Below are positions 48,499 through 57,739 of a DNA stretch of 57,739 nucleotides, one piece after another. Every line of letters starts with the position of its first letter. Position 1 is the first letter of the stretch. A program made the position numbers and the translations under genes. Source of the stretch: Trueperaceae bacterium (GTDB taxonomy: Bacteria > Deinococcota > Deinococci > Deinococcales > Trueperaceae); contig JAABRV010000001.1 in NCBI GenBank assembly GCA_011390735.1, forward strand, positions 1 through 57,739, given 5' to 3'. A model generated the notes under the pieces. The model saw only the letters and a program-made list of their open reading frames with translations, ran no database searches and was not told where the DNA came from.

Positions 48499-49527
48499 TC
48501 AGCCGCCCGCCAGCCGCGCCAGGCCGTCGGCGATGCGGTCGCGCACGCCGGCGTCGACCATCTTGCGGGCGGTGCCCAGCGCGTTGCGCACCGCCCGGGC
48601 GTCCGCCGAGCCGTGGCCGATGAAGGCGTAGCCGTCGACGCCCAGGAGCGGCTGCGCCCCGTACGTGCCCGGGTCGAGGCGGTCGGCGATCCCGCGGAGC
48701 GCGGGGCGCACGAGGAGGCCCCCGAGCTTGGCCCGCAGCGAGCTGCGCAACGCGTCGCGCACCATGCCGAAGAGCACCTTCGCCTCGCCCTCGGCGAGCT
48801 TGAGCATGACGTTACCGGTGAAGCCGTCGGCGACGACCACGTGGGTGGTGCCGGCCAGCAAATCGCGGCCTTCGACGTTGCCGTGGAAGTTCACGCCGGG
48901 CGTCTCCCTGAGTAGGGCGTGTGCGGCGACGACGAGCTCGTTGCCCTTCCCCTCCTCCTCACCGATCGACATGAGCCCGACGCTCGGGTTCGGGTCGCCG
49001 TAGAAGGCGCGCGCGTAGACGCTCCCCATGACCGCGAACTGCTGCAGCCACGCGGGCTTGCAGTCGGCGTTGGCGCCGGCGTCGATCAAAGCGGTGAAGC
49101 CGGTCTTCGTCGGCACGTTGGCGAGGATCGCCGGCCGCTCGACGCCCGGGAGCCGCCCCAGGACCAGGAGGGCCGCGGCCATCGTCGCGCCAGAATGCCC
49201 CATCGACACGACCGCCGCGGCCTCGCCCGCCTTCACCAGGCGCGTCGCCACGACGATCGAGGCGTCCTTGCGGCGGCGCACGTCGCCGGCGCTGTCCTGC
49301 ATCGCGATGACGTCGCCCGCGTGCACGATGGGCAGCTCGGCGCCACGCGAGCGCAGGGCCTCGCGCAGCCGCGCCTCGTCCCCCACGAGCACCACGCGCT
49401 CGCCCGCGGAGACGGCCCGCAGCGCGCCCTCGATGGCGGCGTCGGGCATGCGGTCGCCCCCCATGGCGTCGAGGGCGATCAGCGGCGGCTGGGACGGTGC
49501 GGGGGCGGCGGCGCTCATGGCGCCCAT
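48499..49527 (-). CDS. plsX: Phosphate acyltransferase PlsX
   Basis: IALDAMGGD N-terminal motif and the GNVMLK region. An alternative leaderless start at ATG 49518 is preceded by TACCAT plus 7 nt. Confidence 0.92.
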   Translation of the reverse strand: MGAMSAAAPAPSQPPLIALDAMGGDRMPDAAIEGALRAVSAGERVVLVGDEARLREALRSRGAELPIVHAGDVIAMQDSAGDVRRRKDASIVVATRLVKAGEAAAVVSMGHSGATMAAALLVLGRLPGVERPAILANVPTKTGFTALIDAGANADCKPAWLQQFAVMGSVYARAFYGDPNPSVGLMSIGEEEGKGNELVVAAHALLRETPGVNFHGNVEGRDLLAGTTHVVVADGFTGNVMLKLAEGEAKVLFGMVRDALRSSLRAKLGGLLVRPALRGIADRLDPGTYGAQPLLGVDGYAFIGHGSADARAVRNALGTARKMVDAGVRDRIADGLARLAGG

Positions 49528-49620
49528 GGTACGTCACCGCCCGCTGCATCGGAATGCCGTCCCCGAGGCGACCCGCAGACAAGGGCTCGCGCACGGGCGG
49601 CGGCCGGCGTCCGGGCTACG

Positions 49621-50568
49621 ATGGCGGGCGTGGACGTGCGCACCTTCGAAGCCCCGGGCGGCGAACGCCTCGACGTCGCCATCGCCCAGGCGCTCGCACT
49701 GTCGCGCACCTACGCCAAGGAGCTGATCGACGAGGGCTACGTCACGCTCGATGGCCGGCCGGTGGGCAAACCCGCCACCAAGCTCGACGGCTCGGAGCTC
49801 GTCTCGGTGCTCCTGCCGCCGCCGCGACCGGTGATGGTCGAGCCCGAGGACCTCGACCTGGCGATCATCTACCAGGACGACGACCTCGCCGCCATCGACA
49901 AGCCCGCCGGCATGACGGCGCACCCGACCGCCACGGTGCGCAGCGGCACCGTCGTCAACGCGCTGCTGGGGCGCATGCGGCTGTCGAAGGAGGCGAACCT
50001 CGATCCCGCCGACGACGCCTACCGGCCCGGCATCGTCCACCGGCTCGACCGGGACACCTCGGGCGTCATGGTGGTCGCGAAGCACGACGAGGCGCACCGG
50101 GCGCTGTCGGCCGCCTTCAAGAAGCGCCTGACCGAGAAGGCGTACGTCGCCATCGCGGTCGGGGAGCTGCCGGACGAGGTGCACGTCGACGCGCCGATCG
50201 GTCGCCACCCGGTCGAGCGCCAGCGCATGACCGTCGGCGGCGGCAACCCGAAGTCGGCGTCGACGATCGTGCGCGCGCTGGCGCGCATCCCGGGCTACAC
50301 GCTGGTGCGGGCGCTGCCCCACAGCGGCCGCACCCACCAGATCCGCGTCCACCTGGCCCACCTCGGGGCGCCCGTCCTGGGCGACACCGTGTACGGCCGC
50401 CCGTCGGGCGTCATCGCCCGCCAGGCCCTGCACGCCCAGCGGCTCACGCTGCCGCACCCGCGCGACCACCACGCCATCACCTTCACCTCGCAGATCCCCG
50501 TCGACATGGTCCACGCCTGGCTGGCGCTGGGCGGCTCATGGCCGGTCGACGGCCTCGAGACGCCCTGA
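49621..50568 (+). CDS. rluD: 23S rRNA pseudouridine synthase, RluD/RluA family
   Basis: S4 domain (ERLDVAIAQAL...YVTLDGRPV) and catalytic HRLDRDTSGVMVVAK. An alternative start at GTG 49630 lies 7 nt after TACGAT. Confidence 0.9.
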   Translation: MAGVDVRTFEAPGGERLDVAIAQALALSRTYAKELIDEGYVTLDGRPVGKPATKLDGSELVSVLLPPPRPVMVEPEDLDLAIIYQDDDLAAIDKPAGMTAHPTATVRSGTVVNALLGRMRLSKEANLDPADDAYRPGIVHRLDRDTSGVMVVAKHDEAHRALSAAFKKRLTEKAYVAIAVGELPDEVHVDAPIGRHPVERQRMTVGGGNPKSASTIVRALARIPGYTLVRALPHSGRTHQIRVHLAHLGAPVLGDTVYGRPSGVIARQALHAQRLTLPHPRDHHAITFTSQIPVDMVHAWLALGGSWPVDGLETP

Positions 50569-50590
50569 TCCCCCGCTCGAGAGGAGCCCC

Positions 50591-52429
50591 ATGACCCGCC
50601 CCGCCCACGACCCCGACGACGTCCGCTGGCGCCTCGACAGCCTCTTCAGCGGCCTGGATGGCGACGACTACCGCGCCGCGCGCGCCGACCTCGACGCCCG
50701 CGTGACCGCCCTCGAGGAGCGCCTCGACCGCGACGGCATCGGCGCGGGACCGCCGCTGCCGGGCGACGCTCCGGCCACGCGACTCGGCGACCTGCTCGAC
50801 GAACTCAACGAGCTGTACCGCAGGCTGTCGAACGTCAGCGTGTTCCTGACGGGGCACACGGCCGTGAACGCCTTCGACGACGCCGCCCAGGCCGAGTCCT
50901 CGACGCTGCGGCGGCTGACGTCACGGCTGGGGCCGATCGACGCGCGCGTGTCGGCCTGGATCGGACGCCTCGACCTCGCAGCCGTCCTCGCGGCCGAGCC
51001 GCGCGCGGCGGCGCACGCCCACCACCTGCGGCGCCAGCAGGTCAAGGCCCGGCACCTGATGAGCGACGACCAGGAGGCGCTGGCGGGCGCGCTCGGGCCC
51101 AGCGGCGGCGACGCCTGGGCGAAGCTGCAGGCCGACCTCGCCGGCAAGGCGACCGTGCACCTCACCCTGCCGGGCCAGGAGGCGAGCGAGGAGGCCGGCC
51201 TCGCCCGCCTGGCGGTGCTGCAGGCGAACCCCGACCGCGCCGTCCGCGCGGCCGCGTACCGCGCGGAGGGCGAGCTGCTCGAGAACCACGCCGTCGCCAT
51301 CGCCGCCGCCATGAACGGCGTCAAGGGCGAGGTGGGCACCCTGGCCGAGCGCCGCGGATGGGCGTCCCCGCTCGACGAGGCGCTCTTCCAGAACGGCATC
51401 ACACCCGCGGCCCTCGCCGCGCTGCGAAGCGCGATGGAGGCCGCGTTCCCGAGCATGCGCCGCTACCTGCGCGCGAAGGCGCGCTTCCTCGGCCTCGAAC
51501 GGCTCGCCTGGTACGACCGCCTGGCGCCCGTGCAGGCCGGCGAGCCGCGCCGCTTCGACTGGGACGAGGCCAAGGCGTTCGTCCGCGCCCGCTTCGCGGG
51601 CTTCTCGCCCAGCCTGGCCGCGCTCGCCGACCGCGCCTTCGACGAGGGCTGGGTCGACGTGCTGCCGCGCAAGGGCAAGCGCAACGGCGCCTTCTGCATG
51701 GGCACCGCGGGCAAGCGCGAGTCGCGCGTCATGCTCAACTTCGGCGGCGGCCTCGACGACGTGTTCACCGTGGCGCACGAGCTGGGGCACGCCTTCCACA
51801 ACGACGCCGCCTACCGCGCCGGGCGCGAACCGCTGCAGCTGAGCACGCCCATGACGCTGGCCGAGACCGCGTCGATCTTCTGCGAGACGCTGGTGACCCA
51901 GGCGATGCTGGCGGAGTCCGACGACGTCACCCGGCTGGCGGTGCTCGAGCAGGACCTGCGCACGGCCACCGCCCTGGTGCTCGACATCGACAGCCGCTTC
52001 CGCTTCGAGCGGGCGGTGTTCGACCGGCGCGCGGAGCGCGACCTGTCGGTCGCCGAGCTCGACGCGCTCATGTTGGCCGCGCAGACCGAGACCTACGGCG
52101 ACGCGCTCGACCCGGACGCGCGGCAGCCGCGCGCCTGGGCGAGCAAGCCGCACTACTACTCCGCGCGGCGCTCGTTCTACAACTTCCCGTACACCTTCGG
52201 CTACCTCTTCGGCCTCGGCATCGCGGCGCGCTACGCGGCGGAGCCCGACGGCTTCGCCCAGCGTTACGAGGCGCTGCTGTCGCGGACGGGCATGGCCAGC
52301 GTGGCCGACCTCGGCCGCGAGTTCGGCATCGAGGTCGAGTCCGAGGGCTTCTGGCGCGACGCCCTGGCGGTGAGCGAGCGACGCGTCGACGACTACGAAC
52401 GGCTGGTCGACGGCCTGACCGGCGCCTGA
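50591..52429 (+). CDS. pepF: Oligoendopeptidase F-like M3B metallopeptidase
   Basis: GAGGAG SD. HEXXH in VAHELGHAFHN. Length and overall pattern fit the M3B family. Confidence 0.88.
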   Translation: MTRPAHDPDDVRWRLDSLFSGLDGDDYRAARADLDARVTALEERLDRDGIGAGPPLPGDAPATRLGDLLDELNELYRRLSNVSVFLTGHTAVNAFDDAAQAESSTLRRLTSRLGPIDARVSAWIGRLDLAAVLAAEPRAAAHAHHLRRQQVKARHLMSDDQEALAGALGPSGGDAWAKLQADLAGKATVHLTLPGQEASEEAGLARLAVLQANPDRAVRAAAYRAEGELLENHAVAIAAAMNGVKGEVGTLAERRGWASPLDEALFQNGITPAALAALRSAMEAAFPSMRRYLRAKARFLGLERLAWYDRLAPVQAGEPRRFDWDEAKAFVRARFAGFSPSLAALADRAFDEGWVDVLPRKGKRNGAFCMGTAGKRESRVMLNFGGGLDDVFTVAHELGHAFHNDAAYRAGREPLQLSTPMTLAETASIFCETLVTQAMLAESDDVTRLAVLEQDLRTATALVLDIDSRFRFERAVFDRRAERDLSVAELDALMLAAQTETYGDALDPDARQPRAWASKPHYYSARRSFYNFPYTFGYLFGLGIAARYAAEPDGFAQRYEALLSRTGMASVADLGREFGIEVESEGFWRDALAVSERRVDDYERLVDGLTGA

Positions 52430-52439
52430 GGAGGGCACG

Positions 52440-53219
52440 ATGGACTACCGGAAGCTGTTCGACCTGACCGACCGTCACGCCCTGGTCATCGGGGCGGGCT
52501 CCGGCATCGGCGCGGCCGTGGCCGAGGGCCTGGCCGACGCCGGCGCCACGGTCGCGTGCGCCGACGTGGCCGCCGCGGCCGCCGAGCGCACCGCGGCGAC
52601 GCTGACCGCCAAGGGCCACGCCGCCAGCGCGCACACCGTCGACATCACCGACGAGGCGGCCGTGGACGCGCTGGTGGCCGCCGTCCCCGGCCTCGACGTG
52701 CTGGTGTGCACGCCCGCCGTCAACGTGCGCAAGCCCCTGCTGGAGACCTCCGCCGCCGAGTTCGACAAGGTGATCGGCCTCAACCTGCGCGGGAGCTTCT
52801 TCGTCATGCGCGCCGCCGGCCGGCGCATGGCGGCGCAGGGCCGCGGCTCGATCATCCTCTTCTCGAGCATCCGGGCTCTGACCGTCGAACCGGGCCAGGG
52901 CGTGTACGCGGCCACCAAGGCCGGCACGCTGCAGATGATCCGCGCGCTGGCCGCGGAGCTGGGTCCGGCGGGCGTACGCGCGAACGCGATCGCGCCCGGC
53001 GTCGTCGAGACGCCCCTGACCGAACCGATCAAGGCGAAGCCCGAGTGGTACGCCGCGTACGCCGAGAAGTCCGCCCTGAAGCGCTGGGCCCAGCCGAGCG
53101 AGATGGTGGGGCCCGCGATCTACCTGGCGTCGGACGCGGCCTCGTTCGTGACCGGCACCCTGACGATCGTCGACGGCGGCTGGACGGCGGTCGACGGCCG
53201 CTTCACGCCGCCGCTGTGA
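52440..53219 (+). CDS. Short-chain dehydrogenase/reductase (FabG/gluconate-5-DH-like)
   Basis: GGAGGG SD. GAGSGIG cofactor motif and YAATKAG catalytic motif. Confidence 0.85.
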   Translation: MDYRKLFDLTDRHALVIGAGSGIGAAVAEGLADAGATVACADVAAAAAERTAATLTAKGHAASAHTVDITDEAAVDALVAAVPGLDVLVCTPAVNVRKPLLETSAAEFDKVIGLNLRGSFFVMRAAGRRMAAQGRGSIILFSSIRALTVEPGQGVYAATKAGTLQMIRALAAELGPAGVRANAIAPGVVETPLTEPIKAKPEWYAAYAEKSALKRWAQPSEMVGPAIYLASDAASFVTGTLTIVDGGWTAVDGRFTPPL

Positions 53220-54541
53220 GCGGCCCGACCGCGGCCGGCCCCGGCGCCACCCCCGAGGTCGACGCGCTGGCGGCCCGCGTCCGCGACGCCGTCGACGCCG
53301 AGGCGGTGCTGCGCCGCACCGTGGAACTGGTGCGCATCCGCAGCGTGTGGGACCCGGAGACCGGCGCCGACGAGGCCGCCGCCGCGGCGTACGTCGCCGA
53401 CGAGTTGCGCGCGCTCTCGCTGAACGTGACGGTCGACGAGGTCGCCCCGGGGCGCCCGAACGTGATCGCCGACTGGACGGGCGCAGCCTTCGAGCCGGGG
53501 GTGCACCGCACGCTGATGTTCGAGGGGCACACCGACGTGGTCACCGAGGGCGACCGCTCCCGCTGGTCGCGCGACCCCTACGGCGCCGATCTCGAGCCCG
53601 ATCCCGTCGGCGGCACGCGCCTCTACGGCCGCGGCAGCGCCGACATGAAGGCCGGCGTGGCGGCGGCCATCGAGGCCGTCGCGGCGCTGCGACGGGCGGC
53701 GCCCGACCTGCCCGGCCGCGTGCGGCTCGGCATCGTCGTCGACGAGGAGGGCATGATGCTGGGCATCAAGCGCTTCGTCGCCGGCGGCTGGGGCGACGAG
53801 GTCGACGGCGCGATCGTGTGTGAGCCCGAGGAGCTCGAGCTGTGCCTGCACCAGAAGGGCGCGATGCGGCTGCACGCGCACGTTCGCGGCGTGATGGCCC
53901 ATGGCGCCATGCCCTACGCCGGCGTGAACCCCATCGCGGGCCTCCAGCGCCTCCTGGCCGCCGTCGAGGCCCTGCAGGACGAGGAGCAGGCGCGGCTCGG
54001 CGCGCACCCCTTCCTGGGCTTCCCGTGGCTGACGCCGACGATCGTGCGCTCTCCCGTCGCCGGCGAGGCCCAGCTCAACGTCATGCCCGACACCGCGTAC
54101 GCGGCCCTCGACGTGCGCACCGTCCCCGGCCAGTCGCACGAGATGCTCTACGAACGCCTGCGAGCCGAGGCGGACCGGGTCCAGGCCGGCATGCCGAACC
54201 TCGCGATCGAGCTCGATTGGTTCGAGAGCCGCCCGTGGACCGAGACCGCCGACGACGACCCACTGGTGCGGGCGCTCGAGGCGGCGTACCCGACCGCCGT
54301 GGGCGGCCCGCCCCGTTACGGCGGCGTGCCCGGCGCCACCGACGGCACCTTCCTGCACGCGGCGGGCGTGCCGATCGTCACCGTCGGCCCCGGCGACCGC
54401 ACGATCCCGCACCAGGTGGACGAGTTCGTGCGGGTCGATGAGGTCGTCCGGGCGGCCAGGCTGTACGCCGAGGCCGCCGTCCGGTACCTTATGGCCACCC
54501 CACCGGTCGACGGGCCGCGCGCCGCGCGCCTCCGCCGCTGA
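53216..54541 (+). CDS. M20-family metallopeptidase/deacylase (ArgE/DapE/ACY1-like)
   Basis: GTGA overlap with the SDR. Metal-site contexts FEGHTDVV, GRGSADMKAG and VVDEEG. Confidence 0.85.
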   Translation: MSGPTAAGPGATPEVDALAARVRDAVDAEAVLRRTVELVRIRSVWDPETGADEAAAAAYVADELRALSLNVTVDEVAPGRPNVIADWTGAAFEPGVHRTLMFEGHTDVVTEGDRSRWSRDPYGADLEPDPVGGTRLYGRGSADMKAGVAAAIEAVAALRRAAPDLPGRVRLGIVVDEEGMMLGIKRFVAGGWGDEVDGAIVCEPEELELCLHQKGAMRLHAHVRGVMAHGAMPYAGVNPIAGLQRLLAAVEALQDEEQARLGAHPFLGFPWLTPTIVRSPVAGEAQLNVMPDTAYAALDVRTVPGQSHEMLYERLRAEADRVQAGMPNLAIELDWFESRPWTETADDDPLVRALEAAYPTAVGGPPRYGGVPGATDGTFLHAAGVPIVTVGPGDRTIPHQVDEFVRVDEVVRAARLYAEAAVRYLMATPPVDGPRAARLRR

Positions 54542-54569
54542 CCCGACGACCGAGCCCCAGGAGGCCCAC

Positions 54570-56075
54570 ATGACGCGCCCGCAACGCTGGCTCATCGCCG
54601 CCCTCTCCGCCACCCTGCTCCTCGGCTCGACCGTCGCCCAGGACCCGGCGCCCGTGAGGGGCGGCACCGTCACCGTCGCGATCTCCGCCGACCCGCCCGG
54701 CTGGGACCCCACCCTGTCGACCTCGCAGGAGATCGCGCGGGTGACCTACGGCAACGTCTACGAGGGACTCGTGCGCTTCGACCGCGACGGCGCGATCGTG
54801 CCCGCGCTGGCGACCGCCTGGCAGGTCTCCTCGGACGGCCTGGCCTGGACCTTCACGCTGCGCGAGGGCGTGCGCTTTCACGACGGCAGCCCGCTGACCG
54901 TCGACGACGTGCTCGCCAAGTTCGAACGCGCCCGCGACCCGGACAGCGGGCACGTGAACGCCGGCTACTACGCCGCGGTGGTCGACGTGCGCGCGCCCGA
55001 CGAGCGCACGATCGTGTTCGAGCTCGACACCCCCAGCCGTAGCCTGCTCTACAACCTCGCGCGACCCGACGCGATCATCTACCCGCAGGCCGTGGCCGAG
55101 ACCCAGCGCAGCCAGCCGGTCGGCACCGGGCCGTTCGTGTTCGCCCGCTACGTCGAGGGCAGCGAGGTCCGTCTCGAGCGCTTCGACGGCTACTGGAACC
55201 CCGAGCTGCCCTACCTCGACGGCGCCACCTTCCGCATCATCGGCGACGCCAACGCGCGCGTAGCGGCGCTGCAGGCCGGCGACGTCGACTACATCGGGGC
55301 CGCCATCCCGCCAGAACAGGTGCGCGTGCTGCAGGCGAACCCCGCGCTGAAGGTCGCCTCGGGCACGGCCACGGCCGAGATCACGGTGGCGATGAACAAC
55401 GCCCGCGCGCCCTTCGACGACCCGCGCGTGCGCCAGGCGATCAGCCACGCCATCGACAAGGACGTCATCGTGCAGGGCGCCTTCTTCGGGCTGGGCACCG
55501 TCATCGGGACCCACATGAGCCCCTCCGAGGCCTACTACGTCGACCTGACCGGCACCTACCCCTACGACCCGGAACGCGCCCGCGCGCTGCTCGCCGACGC
55601 CGGCCACGCCGACGGGCTCACCTTCGACTTCGAACTGCCCGAGCCCTACGCCATCGAGCGGCGCACCGGCGAGATCATCGCTCAGCAGCTGCGTGAGGTG
55701 GGCATCGACGTCAACCTCTCGGTCGTCGAGTGGGGCACCTGGATCCAGCGGATCTTCCTCGCCGCCGACTACGACATGACGATCATCGGCCACTCGGAGC
55801 CGCGCGACATCAACATCTACGCCAACCCGAACTACTACTACCAGTACGACAACCCGCGCGTCGCCGAGCTGCTCGCGCAGGCCGAGGCCGCCCCCACGGC
55901 CGAGGCCGAGACCGCCGCCTACCAGGAGATCGCCCGCGTCATCGCCGAGGACGCCGTCAACGTGTGGGTGTTCAGCCCCGCCAACACGGTCGCCGTGCGC
56001 GCCGACGTCTACGGTTTCTGGGTCGACCAGCCCACCCCGGCCCTCGACCTGACGCAGGTGTACCGGGCGCCGTGA
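54570..56075 (+). CDS. ABC peptide/nickel-type substrate-binding protein (family 5)
   Basis: AGGAGG SD. Signal peptide LIAALSATLLLGSTVAQ. Typical family-5 SBP blocks (VTVAISADPPGWDP, GTGPFVFARY). Confidence 0.88.
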   Translation: MTRPQRWLIAALSATLLLGSTVAQDPAPVRGGTVTVAISADPPGWDPTLSTSQEIARVTYGNVYEGLVRFDRDGAIVPALATAWQVSSDGLAWTFTLREGVRFHDGSPLTVDDVLAKFERARDPDSGHVNAGYYAAVVDVRAPDERTIVFELDTPSRSLLYNLARPDAIIYPQAVAETQRSQPVGTGPFVFARYVEGSEVRLERFDGYWNPELPYLDGATFRIIGDANARVAALQAGDVDYIGAAIPPEQVRVLQANPALKVASGTATAEITVAMNNARAPFDDPRVRQAISHAIDKDVIVQGAFFGLGTVIGTHMSPSEAYYVDLTGTYPYDPERARALLADAGHADGLTFDFELPEPYAIERRTGEIIAQQLREVGIDVNLSVVEWGTWIQRIFLAADYDMTIIGHSEPRDINIYANPNYYYQYDNPRVAELLAQAEAAPTAEAETAAYQEIARVIAEDAVNVWVFSPANTVAVRADVYGFWVDQPTPALDLTQVYRAP

Positions 56076-56124
56076 TGCCCGTGTGTGCTCGCCGAGCGCG
56101 CGCGCTCGGTGAGCACCATGCCCC

Positions 56125-57069
56125 ATGACCCGCTTCCTCGCCCGCCGCCTCCTCACCACGCTCGTGAGCCTCGTGCTCGCGAGCGTGGTCGTGTTCGGCG
56201 CGGTCCTGGCGGTGCCGGGTGACCCAGCGGCCGTCATCCTGGGGATGAACGCCGCTCCGGAGGCGCTGGCCGCCGTGCGCGAGCAGCTGGGGCTCGACGT
56301 TCCCGCCCCCCGGCGCTACCTGCGGTGGCTCGGGGGCGTGCTGCGCGGCGACCTCGGCGAGTCGATCCAGTACCAGCGGCCGGTGGCGCGGCTCATCGGC
56401 GACCGGCTGGGGGTCTCCGTGCCGCTCACGCTGGCGGCCGCGCTGCTGGCGACGCTCCTCGCCGTACCGGTCGGGATCGCCAGCGCCCTGAAGCGCGGCA
56501 CCGCGTGGGACCCGCTGCTCGTGCTGGCGTCGCAGGTGGGCGCGGCGGTCCCGTCGTTCTGGCTGGGGCTGCTGCTGATCCTCGTGTTCGCCGTCGGGCT
56601 GGGGTGGCTGCCGTCGGGCGGCTTCCCCGGCTGGGACGTCAGCGTGATCCGCTCGCTGCGGGCGTTGGTGCTGCCGGTCCTGGCGCTCGGCCTGGGCCAG
56701 GCGGCCGTCATGACGCGCATGACGCGCGCCGCCATGCTCGACGTGCTATCGCAGGACTTCGTGCGCACGGCCCGCGCCAAGGGGCTCGCGCGCCGCTCGG
56801 TGGTCGGGAAGCACGCCCTACGCAACGCGCTGGTCACGCTCGTGACGGTGCTGGGCTTGACGCTGGTCAACGTGTTCGTGGGCGCCATCGTCATCGAGCA
56901 GGTGTTCTCGCTGCCCGGCATCGGGCGACTGGCGCTCACCGCCATCGGCAACCGAGACTACCCGCTGGTGCAGGGGGTGGTGCTGCTCTATGCCAGCGCC
57001 ATCGTCCTCATGTCGTTCCTGGTCGACCTCTCCTACGGCTGGCTCGACCCGCGGATCCGCTACGCATGA
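56125..57069 (+). CDS. ABC peptide transporter permease (DppB/OppB-like)
   Basis: Six TM helices and an EAA-like loop (VRTARAKGL). Confidence 0.9.
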   Translation: MTRFLARRLLTTLVSLVLASVVVFGAVLAVPGDPAAVILGMNAAPEALAAVREQLGLDVPAPRRYLRWLGGVLRGDLGESIQYQRPVARLIGDRLGVSVPLTLAAALLATLLAVPVGIASALKRGTAWDPLLVLASQVGAAVPSFWLGLLLILVFAVGLGWLPSGGFPGWDVSVIRSLRALVLPVLALGLGQAAVMTRMTRAAMLDVLSQDFVRTARAKGLARRSVVGKHALRNALVTLVTVLGLTLVNVFVGAIVIEQVFSLPGIGRLALTAIGNRDYPLVQGVVLLYASAIVLMSFLVDLSYGWLDPRIRYA

Positions 57070-57739
57070 GGCGCCGGCGGCCCCCGCTCAACCTGGCCCT
57101 CGGCGGCGTCCTCGTCGGACTCGTCGTGTTGGCCGCGTTGACGTCCTTCGTGTGGCTGCCGCACGACCCGCAGCGGCTCGACTTCACCGCGCAGATGTCG
57201 GGTCCCAGCGCGACGCACTGGTTCGGCACCGACCACTTCGGCCGCGACCTGTTCTCACGGGTGCTGGTGGGCGCGCGCGCCACCCTGCTGGTGGGCGCGA
57301 TCGCCGTCGGCATCGCGCTGTCGCTGGGCACCCTGCTGGGCGCGGTGGCCGGCTGGGCCGGTGGCTGGGCCGACGAGGCGATCATGCGCCTGGTCGACGT
57401 GTTGTACGCCTTCCCCGCCATCCTCATGGCCCTGCTGCTGGCGGCCGTCTTCGAGCCGGGCACGGTGACCGCCATGGTCGCCATCGGTCTGGCGACCGTG
57501 CCGATCTTCGCGCGCCTCATGCGCTCCTCGGTCGTGGCCCTGCGCGAGCGCGACTACGTCGAGGCGGGTCGCGCCCTCGGCGCCCGCGGCCCCCGTCTGC
57601 TGCGGGTGCACGTGCTCCCGGGCGCCGCCTCGCCGCTGGTGGTGCAGGCGTCCCTCTCGCTGGCGGTGGCGGTGCTGGCGGAGGCCGCCCTGTCGTTCCT
57701 GGGGCTGGGCACGCCCCCCGACGTGCCCTCCTGGGGCAA
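57066..57739 (+). CDS. ABC peptide transporter permease (DppC/OppC-like); 3' end cut by the window edge
   Basis: ATGA overlap with the previous permease. The frame stays open to the window end (MRRRRPPLNLALGG...HWFGTDHFGRDLFSRV...YVEAGRALGA). It is absent from the ORF track because no stop lies inside the window. Confidence 0.88.
   Translation, partial: MRRRRPPLNLALGGVLVGLVVLAALTSFVWLPHDPQRLDFTAQMSGPSATHWFGTDHFGRDLFSRVLVGARATLLVGAIAVGIALSLGTLLGAVAGWAGGWADEAIMRLVDVLYAFPAILMALLLAAVFEPGTVTAMVAIGLATVPIFARLMRSSVVALRERDYVEAGRALGARGPRLLRVHVLPGAASPLVVQASLSLAVAVLAEAALSFLGLGTPPDVPSWG

Overview
Very GC-rich window (third codon positions are almost always G/C). It is densely packed with about 45 genes that all look like core chromosome. 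I saw no transposase, integrase, CRISPR array or rRNA. Most long ORFs in the supplied track are off-frame or antisense artefacts of the GC content. Gene order: clpC(partial)-radA-PIN/TRAM, tRNA-Ala(UGC), a 7-gene Alternative Complex III operon (actABCDEF plus a membrane-anchored cytochrome c), type I pullulanase plus a 2-hydroxyacid dehydrogenase, gyrB, proA, an SDR, a class II photolyase-RNHCP-amidohydrolase unit, an ABC-F ATPase with an extra C-terminal domain, DUF3810, a PAS-PAS-GGDEF(degenerate)-EAL protein, trxB, an ABC/ABC-2/SPOR operon, a triple ATP-cone P-loop kinase, Nudix, mazG, pgeF, trmB, DUF4388, a C-N hydrolase, an lptF-lptG-lptD-like-lipoprotein operon, plsX, rluD, pepF, an SDR, an M20 peptidase and a peptide ABC importer (cut at the 3' edge). 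GyrB and TrmB sequence features, together with repeated TAnnnT -10 boxes 5-7 nt upstream of start codons (leaderless mRNAs), suggest a Deinococcota (Thermus/Deinococcus/Truepera-like) origin; this is inference only. The best candidate for something undescribed is the translationally fused lptFG / LptD-like barrel / 400-aa orphan lipoprotein operon. Secondary candidates are the photolyase-RNHCP coupling, the ABC-F C-terminal domain, the triple ATP-cone kinase, and a recurring GTGCTAGCNT promoter decamer. All family calls come from motifs read by eye; no database search was run.
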